NCBI GenBank assembly: GCA_051382295.1
Contig: JBBCAW010000031.1
Location: forward strand, 1-64,000
Direction of reading: 5' to 3'
DNA: 64,000 nt
DNA from: Bdellovibrionota bacterium FG-1
GTDB taxonomy: Bacteria; Bdellovibrionota; UBA1018
The notes beneath the pieces are model-generated. The model had not been told where the DNA came from. It was given only the letters and a program-made list of their open reading frames with translations, and did no database searches. Position numbers and translations under genes: made by a program. This document shows positions 1-10,030 of the stretch, piece by piece (the first letter of the stretch is position 1; the number at the start of each line of letters is the position of its first letter).

Positions 1-136
1 AGCTAATGAGTTGCAAATTGAACTCGCTCGCAAAGACGGCGGAGTGATGAGGATTAAGGACCCAAAAGCCCACGGGGCATTCTTGAGCGTATTAATTCAA
101 AGCTTCATGGCGCACGGAGCGGGGCAGGCAACATGA
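1..136 (+). CDS. tnpA: IS66 accessory protein TnpA, C-terminal part (5' end outside window)
   Basis: Frame 2 is open from the window start: ANELQIELARKDGGVMRIKDPKAHGAFLSVLIQSFMAHGAGQAT*. The IEL..dG..MRI pattern resembles IS66 TnpA C-termini. Its stop overlaps the tnpB start (ATGA at 133-136). Confidence 0.6.
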   Translation, partial: ANELQIELARKDGGVMRIKDPKAHGAFLSVLIQSFMAHGAGQAT

Positions 137-522
137 TTCAGGTCACACCGCATATGCGAATTTATGTTGCCTACGGTAGCCCCGATTTTCGAAAGGGCAT
201 TGACGGGCTGAGTGCTGTTTGTCGCGAAGAATTAGGGCAAGACCCATTTTCAGGCGCGTTGTTCTTATTTCGCAGTCGTAAAGGCACCGACATTAAAATT
301 TTGGCCTATGATGGCCAAGGATTTTGGATTTGCCAAAAAAGACTCTCTACGGGCAAGTTTAAATGGTGGCCCAAATCTCCTGCCGACCAAACAGCAGCCT
401 ACACCGCCTTGGCGGCCCATGAACTCACCATCCTGCTTTGGAATGGTAACCCTAGCGCCGCTCCAGTGGCAGACCTTTGGAGGCCTTTACCAATGGCCGA
501 GGTCACTCACAGGGTTGCATAG
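133..522 (+). CDS. tnpB: IS66 accessory protein TnpB (Orf2)
   Basis: Motifs DFRKGIDGL, DPFSGALFLF, IKILAYDGQGFW..KRL..GKFKW are typical of the IS66 TnpB family. Confidence 0.93.
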   Translation: MIQVTPHMRIYVAYGSPDFRKGIDGLSAVCREELGQDPFSGALFLFRSRKGTDIKILAYDGQGFWICQKRLSTGKFKWWPKSPADQTAAYTALAAHELTILLWNGNPSAAPVADLWRPLPMAEVTHRVA

Positions 523-547
523 CTTTTCGGCCGAGTTCGTTCAGTGC

Positions 548-2287
548 TCATGCCATTTTTACGACCGGATTGGCGACCGGAATACTTTCCCTATAATTCC
601 AGGGCATCCAATCGCGAGGCGTTTTTAAAACAGCCGCCTGGTGCGTTTGAATGGCCACCAGATAATCATACGGACTTTCTCCTGCGAGCACGCACGTATG
701 GATGATTGACATGAACATGTCTCCGACGAGGGCGCCCCAGGGAGTGAGATAAAAAAGCGAGTTTTTTACGTGCCTTTTGATCATTTTGAACTTCTGTTCC
801 AGTTCATCGTTCGTGATTGGGGCGCCAGAAACCCGCAAAAAAAGCGTGAGGCCCGTCCAGTGCTTGATCGTGTAATCAATCGCTTCGCCAATTTCACTGT
901 TTTCCTCAAAGACCTTATTTTTCTTCTGCTCATCCAGCCACTGTTTGAGTTCCTCCATGATGGGTCCGCTTTTTTCTTGGTGAAGCTGTAGCCGCGCGAA
1001 GGCCGTGAGCTTGAGTCGTTTGGCTTGTGCCTCAACTTTATAGACTTCTTTGAATTTTTTGATCACATATGTGCTGGCTTGCTTGAAAGACTTGTAGCTC
1101 TTGATGAAATATCGTCTGTCGTGGGTCAGGCAAAGACCGCCGTGCACTTTGAACTTCCCTGGCGTATTCATCGTACTGGCATCCGACATCTGAATGGGCA
1201 TTGGCAAGGAAGCGTCGCGCTCAGCCAGGAGTGCTTCCAGATTTTCGCCAGCATTTTGATGCCCTGTGAAAAACAGCATGATCTTCACGGATCCGGTTTT
1301 GGCCAAAATTCCCGAAGTAAAAATGCCTTTCCGTGGCCCCTTGCCCTTGGGTTTGGGCACATCCTCCGCACGAAGCGCCTTTTGCTGCTCTCGGATGACG
1401 CTCATGATCTTATTCTTGGTGTCGTCGTTGTGGAGGACCTCCCCCTGCGCGGCAAAGAAACGCATTTCTTTCCAGACAACCAACCCAACAACGACCAAAT
1501 CCTTTAGTCCGCTCCAAAGTGCCGAGGCGCTTATCGGAGTTTTTAGATAACCCTGGACTTGAGCCTGCCGATAAAATGGCATCCCGGCGCCGTACTTCAT
1601 AATGGCCACCATGGCCCTGGCGGTGATGGATTCCCGTGGCCCCTTTGCCTCTTCCGGAAGCGGCGCCGACGAAATCCAGTCACAGGCGTTGCAACGGAGC
1701 TTATGCACATTGTAGAGGGTTGCTTGTAAGATCGGTGAGCCAATGAGCTTGATGATTTTTCCGACGGCGCCAATCATGGCATAAAGCTTCCCTTGTCCAC
1801 ATTTCGGGCAGATATCGCCAGGCTTCAACGTCGGATGCCTGCAGTCTATGACCTCCGCATCAGGATACGCTGCCGATCCACGGAGGCCTTTCTTTCTCTC
1901 TTTTTTGTAAGGCCTTTTGCCGGCACCGATGGGAGTTACGTTATTTGGACAAGGCGTCGCTTCGATGGGGCGGGGACTGGTTTGAGCTGAAGGCTCAGAA
2001 GACGATTGCTCGGATGGTACCTCGGGGGCGACCGTCTGATGCGCCTCCTGTTCGTCGATCTCTTTCAACACATTCCTTGAACTCTCGGTTTTCGTTCCCC
2101 AGAGCATCTCGCTGAGATTTCTGACCTTGAGCGTTTTCTTTCGGATTGCCTCAAGGAATCTTGGCGTTGATCGAACCCCGATCCGTAATATCCGCTGATC
2201 CCCCGGCCGCAGCTTGTTCAGTCGAATTCTTTCATCCAACCCTCTATAATCCAGCGTTTTGAGTTGATCCCGGAGCTTCGACTTCAA
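548..2287 (-). CDS. tnpC: IS66 family DDE transposase TnpC
   Basis: Zinc finger CPKC...CNAC, KY...PFYRQ, HNDDT, SDA, CLTHDRRYF, A.DY..KHW.GLT.FL, TNDELEQ, S.I.TC...G..PYDYL, W.PWN. Confidence 0.9.
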   Translation of the reverse strand: MKSKLRDQLKTLDYRGLDERIRLNKLRPGDQRILRIGVRSTPRFLEAIRKKTLKVRNLSEMLWGTKTESSRNVLKEIDEQEAHQTVAPEVPSEQSSSEPSAQTSPRPIEATPCPNNVTPIGAGKRPYKKERKKGLRGSAAYPDAEVIDCRHPTLKPGDICPKCGQGKLYAMIGAVGKIIKLIGSPILQATLYNVHKLRCNACDWISSAPLPEEAKGPRESITARAMVAIMKYGAGMPFYRQAQVQGYLKTPISASALWSGLKDLVVVGLVVWKEMRFFAAQGEVLHNDDTKNKIMSVIREQQKALRAEDVPKPKGKGPRKGIFTSGILAKTGSVKIMLFFTGHQNAGENLEALLAERDASLPMPIQMSDASTMNTPGKFKVHGGLCLTHDRRYFIKSYKSFKQASTYVIKKFKEVYKVEAQAKRLKLTAFARLQLHQEKSGPIMEELKQWLDEQKKNKVFEENSEIGEAIDYTIKHWTGLTLFLRVSGAPITNDELEQKFKMIKRHVKNSLFYLTPWGALVGDMFMSIIHTCVLAGESPYDYLVAIQTHQAAVLKTPRDWMPWNYRESIPVANPVVKMA

Positions 2288-3141
2288 CTACAAAGTTCCT
2301 TCCTAAAGGTGGGCGTCAGCGGGTAGAGCCAGATCGTCTTGATGGGCTGCACGCTTTGGTGCGTTGAATCGTACCGACCGCGGCCTTGAGTCTGTCCAAC
2401 CTGAATCCAGTTAGCCGCCTTGTAGCACGTCCCCGCAAAACGCTCTTTTTCCACGAAGGTCTCGAGCAAGACCGGACGGTATCCGTACCGAGTAAACCAA
2501 TCATCAGCAAGACGTCGGGCTGCCATCGAAAGCGCTTTGCTTGCCAGGCTATGGACCTTCACCCAGGGCAGGATTAAAAAACGCGCGTTATTGACGACCT
2601 TTTCGAGCGATTGCTCGCGTTGAGTCACGCTCCAGCCGATGAACTGATCGCGCGGGGCGGTCTTCCACGCCGCCGCGCTAAAGCCCAGACACCCAAGTAC
2701 CCGATCCTCGGATCGGATCAAGTAACGAAGCTGCGCTCCGCCCAAGGGCGTATATCCCAGATAATGATAGCGATCGACCAGTTCCGCCCAGAGCCGTTTG
2801 TCGGCGGGGCTTTGCACCAATTCCAATCGAATATCCCGGAGATCCCCAGCACGACAGCTCATCTCAGCTCCGGGATCCCCAATCAACGTATGTGCTGGAA
2901 TGGATCGGATTACTCCGCAGGCGCGTTTGCCAGGAGGAAGTGTAACCACTCCGTCTCGCTCCATTTGAAGCAGGGCCACCCGACAGGCCATGTCCTTTAA
3001 ACGCCCATCTCTCCGACGCCAATTCAGTGCCTCGCAAATAAGACAGGACAGTTTAACCCGGCCAAGCGTGCCGTTAGCCGCCAAAATACCTTTTATACTG
3101 ACAATTTCAGCGTCGCTGAATTCCCTGCCACGATAGCGCAT
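2284..3141 (-). CDS. DUF4338 (DruA-like) protein with N-terminal helical domain, IS-associated
   Basis: YHYLGY...GAQLRYL, RD.FIGW, VVNNARFLILPWV...LASKAL, YGYRPVLLETFV...RF.GTCYKAANW..VG.T.GRGR. TTGA overlap with the tnpC start. Confidence 0.85.
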   Translation of the reverse strand: MRYRGREFSDAEIVSIKGILAANGTLGRVKLSCLICEALNWRRRDGRLKDMACRVALLQMERDGVVTLPPGKRACGVIRSIPAHTLIGDPGAEMSCRAGDLRDIRLELVQSPADKRLWAELVDRYHYLGYTPLGGAQLRYLIRSEDRVLGCLGFSAAAWKTAPRDQFIGWSVTQREQSLEKVVNNARFLILPWVKVHSLASKALSMAARRLADDWFTRYGYRPVLLETFVEKERFAGTCYKAANWIQVGQTQGRGRYDSTHQSVQPIKTIWLYPLTPTFRKELCS

Positions 3142-3207
3142 ACATGAGTCATTGCCATAACAAGGGCTTCGTCGCCAGCGAAAAATCTCAAGCTACGCAC
3201 TTTCTGA

Positions 3208-5181
3208 AAAAGGACACGACTGTCAGCTACGCTGCTTAGTAAGTCCTTAGAGGACGCACGATCAATTGTGCACACCTGCATTCGCTGGGACAAGTCAAAA
3301 ACAAGGTCCGCACGATACGCGCAGACTCTGAATTCCGCCCTGGAGTTCTACAAATTGCAGTTCGACAAGATTCACAGTCAACAGAAACAAGGAGGGACAG
3401 ACCAGGAGCACGAAGAGCAAAACACTCGGATCGACCGGAAGGCAAGGGCACAGTTGGAGATGTTTCTCCGAAGGTACGTCAGCCGTATTCCTGAATCCGA
3501 CGCGAGAGAACACCATTTTTGGTATGTTGGGGTAGATCCAAATACTCCCATTAAAAACACCAGAACGGCACCGAGAATACCGGTTCCATCGAAACAGATG
3601 GACACCATATTTTCGCCGGGGCCTGATCTCTTCTCAAAAGATCACTTTAAGGCAGGCATAGAGGTACTACTCCAGTCCGATCAGGTTCAGCGAGATGATA
3701 CGCAGCGCTCTTTAGAGCTAGTCTCAGGCAGACACGCAGATCCGATCAAGGTCCGCGATGCAAAGGCAATAGCCATTATGCAAACCGAGGCAGTTATAGA
3801 AAACCTAACTAAAAAAATGGGACAGAAAAAGCCCAGGTATAAGCTGCTCATATTCTGTCAGAGAAAAAACGCAGCAAAAGCCTTTCGCACCGAATTTATC
3901 GCGAAACAAGGCAAGAAAGGGCAGAAGACCAAGCGTCGCTCCCATGTCGGTTTGGGTCCAGACATAAAGAGGCAATTACTAAAGTTTAGTCTGGAACTCT
4001 GTCGTCAGGATCGCCAGCTATTTCCAAATGGAAAACCCACCAACCCAACCCCTGTACTTGTAGACGAGGTGCGCTCACGACTGGGCGAGGATGTGGCGCT
4101 GCTTCTTGCTCGGAAGAAGACCTCCCTAAGGGAACGCGATCCTCTTCTTTTTGTTAGTGCACAGCTTGCGGCAAAACGAGCAAAAGGCTTGCGCGCCAAA
4201 GCGACCGCATTCACGGCAACGCTATATTCAAAATTGGGATTTACCAAAGACCAGTCTGACTCAAAGGTAGTTCGCTTATTGTCTAGGCGATCTGACCTTA
4301 GACGGGCAACCCTTGAAAAGTTGCAGTCTTTAGATTCTGGTCAGCGCTGTTATCAAAATCTTCTGGCCCTCTCAAAAATATCTATACGGAAAAACAGAAA
4401 ACGGACATTTCCATATGGCCCCTACATTTTTCAACATCCAAAAATTCTTGAAACGTTATTAGCCAATCCGTTTGCGCGGGCTGTAAGAAAATTTGTGGTG
4501 CAAATGGATGAAATCCCAAATCCAAAGACGAAGAACAGTGAAGAAGCTGGTGTGAGATTAAAGTTGGGCGCACTGATAGCGGAGGCAATTCATAGCGATC
4601 AAGCTGCGTTATCGGCTATTCGCCGTCTTGGAAGGAATAAGACATCGATAAAACATTTTTGTGTCGAACACAAATCGCTCACGCTGGTGAAGGCCCGGCG
4701 AAGTCGAGAAGTGGAGTTCTTGACCGGAGACAACAGTGATCGGCGAGAATCGGTTATTGAAGACTTCCTGAGTCCGGGAAATTCCATGGTGCTTGTCCTT
4801 ACAAAAGTATGCAGCATGGGAATAGATCTTCACCATTTTTGTTGGGATGTAATGCATGTTTCCCCAGAGTGGACGCCACACTTTCACGAACAGCGCACAG
4901 GCAGAATCGATAGACCACGACCAAAGGAGCTTCACGGCCTACTTCCGATAGCTCCCTACTGCAACTGGAGCCAGATTCGAGTTCATCACCTTATATGGCC
5001 ATACAGCTATGATGAACGGGTTTTCCGCCGCTTAAACAACCGAGCGGAATATGCTGATTGCCTTCTTCCAAAGAAGCTTGAGGGTAACCAAGAAGAGCAG
5101 GACCGAAAAGCTCGCCTGCTCAGGACACTGACACTTGACCTTCAACCAAAGTCTAATAAGCGTGTCAAAAGGGGACAGTAG
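3208..5181 (+). pseudogene. SF2/SNF2-like helicase, C-terminal RecA2 portion only; probably 5'-truncated by the IS66 insertion
   Basis: Motifs IV-VI-like: KLLIFCQR, VLVLTKVCSMGIDLH.FC..V.H...W.P...EQRTGRIDR, YDERVF.RL. No Walker A/DExH. The frame is open from 3208 (stop at 3205) with no convincing RBS before GTG 3268. Confidence 0.65.
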
Positions 5182-5429
5182 TCCCAGGTATACTTGCCGC
5201 CCCTGTTCGGTACGTCTGCCCAATCCCGCCGATCCGATCCAGTGACTTTGCGCTGTGGATTTGATCCCCATCCACACCCCGAATCCACACGGCTTCCACA
5301 ACACCCATGATTTTCGATGAGTTCACATGAGAATCGCGGATTTGATCTGCGGAGCCACTCCCTGCTAGGTTATTGGTTTGATTGTTTTATTTCTGCTTTT
5401 GATTGTTTCTAACGGAATCGCATAGTGAA

Positions 5430-5519
5430 TGGCGGAGAGGGAGGGATTCGAACCCCCGGTACGGTTACCCGTACTCCGGTTTTCAAAACCGGCGCATTCG
5501 ACCACTCTGCCACCTCTCC
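5430..5519 (-). tRNA. tRNA-Ser(TGA)
   Basis: Reverse complement is GGAGAGGTGGCAGAGTGGTCGAATGCGCCGGTTTTGAAAACCGGAGTACGGGTAACCGTACCGGGGGTTCGAATCCCTCCCTCTCCGCCA: 90 nt, long variable arm, anticodon TGA, encoded CCA. Confidence 0.97.
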
Positions 5520-5600
5520 GTATCATTAACCGCAAACCTAACCAGCGTGGTCACACTGATCTAACATTGGAAAACGCTCTTTTGCAGCAGAAATCCTGCG

Positions 5601-6950
<1,350 letters not shown>

Positions 6951-6959
6951 TTAGCACAC

Positions 6960-9900
6960 CTATCGATAACGCTCAAACGCTGCCTTATCGGGAGCATCGG
7001 GCTCCATTTCAAGGTACTTTCGAAAGGCCTGGGCCGCATTTTGCCCGTCTCCCATCTCCCGATAGGCCATCCCGAGGCGTTTGTAGATGAGGGGATTCGC
7101 CTTATCAATCTGCAACGCCCCGCTATAGAGCGCGACTGCCGCGGCAAAGTTCTTGAGCACATAGGCTGCGTATCCGGCCTGATGTTTTGCCTCAGAATTT
7201 GAAGGCTGAAGCTGCATCGCTTTATTAAAAAGCGCTTGCGCCCCCAAAACCTCTCTGCCGTCTTTGGTCTTAGCCGATAAAAGCTGTCCCAGTTCGAGCC
7301 GCTCCTTACCCAAACAAATAATCGTCGTCACATGGTTGGGGTTATTGAGAAGCTCTTTTTCGTACTCCTCCGCCGCGCCCCGGTGATTGCCCTGCGCAGC
7401 CAAAAGCCAGCCCTGGTAAAAGTGAAGTTTGGGATATTTAGGGAAAATCGCATAAATATGCGAGAGTTCGTCGTTTGCTTTTTCGTAGTCCATCTTTTTG
7501 AGATAGATATTATACTTTTCAAGATACCCTTGTGCGTCCGAGGGGTTTCGCTCGACATAAGACTGATAGGCTCCCAACGCCTTGTCCAGAGCGTCTTTTT
7601 CAAGATTCTCTTTATTCAAAAAAATTCGCGCCTGCATTCGGTACGAACCGGCATAGTCCGGATCGGCAGCCCGCGCTTGATCCACGTTTTGCTGGGCCAG
7701 TTCCCACTCACCTTTTTGAACGTCAAATTCGGCAACGGCCGTCAAAATCTCCGCGCTCGCGCGATTGGACTTGCTCAGCTCATCTTGCAACATCGAAATA
7801 GCGCGGTCGACACCATCCGTCTCGGCAATGCATTTGGCGGTTCCAAGAATCGCCTCGGTGCTTAAGGGATCAAAGCGCAAGGCGAGCGCAAAAAAGAAAG
7901 GCGCTTCCTTAAAGTTTCGCGTGGCCATCAGGCTTTTTGCGTAGGCAATGTAAACATCGGGATCGACCGTCTCGCGCGCCATGGCCTTTTTGTAATACAC
8001 TTGAGCTTCGGCGTGCTGGCCCTGTTTAGAATACCAATCCGCCGCCGCCTTATCGATGGCGCTTTGGGGCACGGGGAGATTGCGAAATCGGTCCATCGCC
8101 TTTTTGGCCTCGTCCCACTCATAGTTTTGAATCAACGCATTGATGTACTTAGACCAGACCTGAATGTTATTCGGCGCTTTTTCAGCGGCTTTTCGATAGT
8201 GGATCAGCGAATTACTCAAATCATTTTGCAGCCGAAACATATCGCCCATCTTCACCAGCGGCAGCGGCGAGGTCGGGTTGGCCTCTCCGGCCTGCATAAA
8301 CTGCACGAGCGCATCATGATATTTTCCAAAACGAAGCACTTTTTCGCCTTCGCTCAGAAAAAAGTACATGCGCGCTTCTTTTTGAACGCTTTTAATGCTG
8401 AGGTCTCCGGCCTTAGCGCGCAACGAATAGAGCTCAAGCTGAAAATCATGATTGTCGGCATCTAACTTCACCGCCCGCTCCATGTCACCCAACGCAACAT
8501 CGGCCTTATTATAAAGCTGACTGAGCTGTGCATGATAGTAATAGGAAAGGGCTAGATCTTTGGGTGCCAAGAGTCGCCCGTGGGTCACGAGATAATCCAG
8601 ATGTCCCGCCGCGTCCTTAAGGCGCCCCTTTTTGGAAAGCAACTCGGTCACTTTGAGATAGGATTTGGCATGCGCAGGATTGAATTTGACCGCCTTTTGG
8701 TATTCACCTAATGCGGCCTCAACGTCATTCAGCTTCTCAGCCACGCGGCCCCTCAAATAAAAAACCTTGGCGCTGAAAACCTTGTTGTCCGGAATTTGAC
8801 CTAGGTATCGAGCGGCCGTTTGAGCGTCGCCGCGATGAAAGAAGGAAAGACCGATGTAGTAGAACATCGACAAATCGATTTCGCGGTTTTTTGTAAACTC
8901 AACAATCCGGTTCTGGGCGGCCTCAGGTTTATTGATGGTAATAAAAAACTCGACCTCGGCAATCACCGTTTCAGGCAAACTGACATTTTTGGCGCGCGAC
9001 ATGTCGATGAGTTTGGTAATCACGGAAAAATAATTTTCGTCCTTATTCGACGAATCGATCAGGTTGATGTAGCTGGACGCCAGCATCGCCAGGGCCTTGA
9101 CGTTGGTGATGTCCAGGGATGCCGCTTGCCTCAATTTTTTCGCCGCATTTTCATAGCCGGTCACATGATCCAAAACATACTCCCGCATCGCCTCGGCGTA
9201 GAGTTTTCCACTCTCCTCGGGCTGCGGTTTGCCTTGAATCGCGTCGGGCAGCTTAGGCCGGACAGCCTCCCACTTATTCCTGCTTTGCTGAGACTGATCC
9301 CCCCCCATGATTTCATAGCCGAGCATTCCCAGCGCAACTGCAACGGCTATTCCCTTCAGTGCCTCGAAGATCTTATTTTTGGACCCGCCACGTCCAAAAA
9401 AACCACCTGAATTCGTCCCACAATGAGTAGGGTCTTTGGATCGTTGAAAAACAACGGTCTTTTCATTTGAAATTCGCCGCGACTGGTTTTCAGACGGTTC
9501 CGGAAAATCAAGAATGACCGGCGACTCCTCTGCCAGGACATTGTGCGCGACAGGATCAACCCGCGTTCGATCATCGTCGGGAGGAGCCGCGCCGGAGACG
9601 GCGACAACCGTTTTCTCTGCCTCGTCGTCAATCTCCAGCTCACTCAACGTTTCCAGGGGCCGGGGCTCAGATGGTTTTTCGTCGTCGGTAAAAAACGGCT
9701 TCGCACCGGGCAACACCTGCGTCTTGCCCGAATCCCCTAAAATCGGTGAATAACCAACAGCGGTTGCCGGGGAATGATCTTCTTTGCGCCCCAGGCGACC
9801 CTCAACCCGCGCCACCAAAAGCTCGCCGATCAAGGAAAGCGAATTAATATCCACCCAATCGCCCTTAGGGTATTCTCGCGCCGTCTCAGTGCCCACAATT

Positions 9901-10001
9901 TGATTCTTTAAAATCAAAAGACGGATTCGATCTAAGTCCAGCGGACCCAGAATTCGGCCTGACGCAAGCTTAACTTTATAGAGCTGACCTGAAGTTGGCA
10001 T
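6960..10001 (-). CDS. Single-pass membrane protein: N-terminal GYF_2-like domain, disordered linker, TM helix, long TPR array
   Basis: N-terminus YKVKLASGRILGP.....I......I.G.E.A.......W. Hydrophobic segment GIAVAVALGMLGY. Many TPR repeats (e.g. ALGEYQKAVKFNPAHA, AAQAFRKYLEMEPDA). Confidence 0.8.
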   Translation of the reverse strand: MPTSGQLYKVKLASGRILGPLDLDRIRLLILKNQIVGTETAREYPKGDWVDINSLSLIGELLVARVEGRLGRKEDHSPATAVGYSPILGDSGKTQVLPGAKPFFTDDEKPSEPRPLETLSELEIDDEAEKTVVAVSGAAPPDDDRTRVDPVAHNVLAEESPVILDFPEPSENQSRRISNEKTVVFQRSKDPTHCGTNSGGFFGRGGSKNKIFEALKGIAVAVALGMLGYEIMGGDQSQQSRNKWEAVRPKLPDAIQGKPQPEESGKLYAEAMREYVLDHVTGYENAAKKLRQAASLDITNVKALAMLASSYINLIDSSNKDENYFSVITKLIDMSRAKNVSLPETVIAEVEFFITINKPEAAQNRIVEFTKNREIDLSMFYYIGLSFFHRGDAQTAARYLGQIPDNKVFSAKVFYLRGRVAEKLNDVEAALGEYQKAVKFNPAHAKSYLKVTELLSKKGRLKDAAGHLDYLVTHGRLLAPKDLALSYYYHAQLSQLYNKADVALGDMERAVKLDADNHDFQLELYSLRAKAGDLSIKSVQKEARMYFFLSEGEKVLRFGKYHDALVQFMQAGEANPTSPLPLVKMGDMFRLQNDLSNSLIHYRKAAEKAPNNIQVWSKYINALIQNYEWDEAKKAMDRFRNLPVPQSAIDKAAADWYSKQGQHAEAQVYYKKAMARETVDPDVYIAYAKSLMATRNFKEAPFFFALALRFDPLSTEAILGTAKCIAETDGVDRAISMLQDELSKSNRASAEILTAVAEFDVQKGEWELAQQNVDQARAADPDYAGSYRMQARIFLNKENLEKDALDKALGAYQSYVERNPSDAQGYLEKYNIYLKKMDYEKANDELSHIYAIFPKYPKLHFYQGWLLAAQGNHRGAAEEYEKELLNNPNHVTTIICLGKERLELGQLLSAKTKDGREVLGAQALFNKAMQLQPSNSEAKHQAGYAAYVLKNFAAAVALYSGALQIDKANPLIYKRLGMAYREMGDGQNAAQAFRKYLEMEPDAPDKAAFERYR

Positions 10002-10030
10002 TTCTAGGTCAAGTATAACGAAGAACTCAA

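Larger units (their letters stand above)
1..3200. mobile_element. IS66-family element or composite (tnpA, tnpB, tnpC, DUF4338); left end outside window
   Basis: All three IS66 gene types are present. Right boundary inferred near 3200 from an imperfect inverted repeat (516-525 vs 3190-3199) and from the helicase frame opening at 3208. Confidence 0.7.

Noticed and set aside
133..522. TnpB as an RNA-guided IS200/IS605 nuclease
   Set aside because: Same name only. It is a 129-aa IS66 accessory protein with no RuvC or zinc-finger motifs.
2284..5181. Druantia defence system (DUF4338 plus helicase)
   Set aside because: DUF4338 is coupled to the transposase and divergent from the helicase. The helicase lacks the C-terminal Cys-rich DUF1998 of DruE, and no DruB-D are visible.
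5430..5519. tRNA-Sec next to serS
   Set aside because: The anticodon is TGA (Ser), not TCA, and the acceptor stem is a normal 7 bp.
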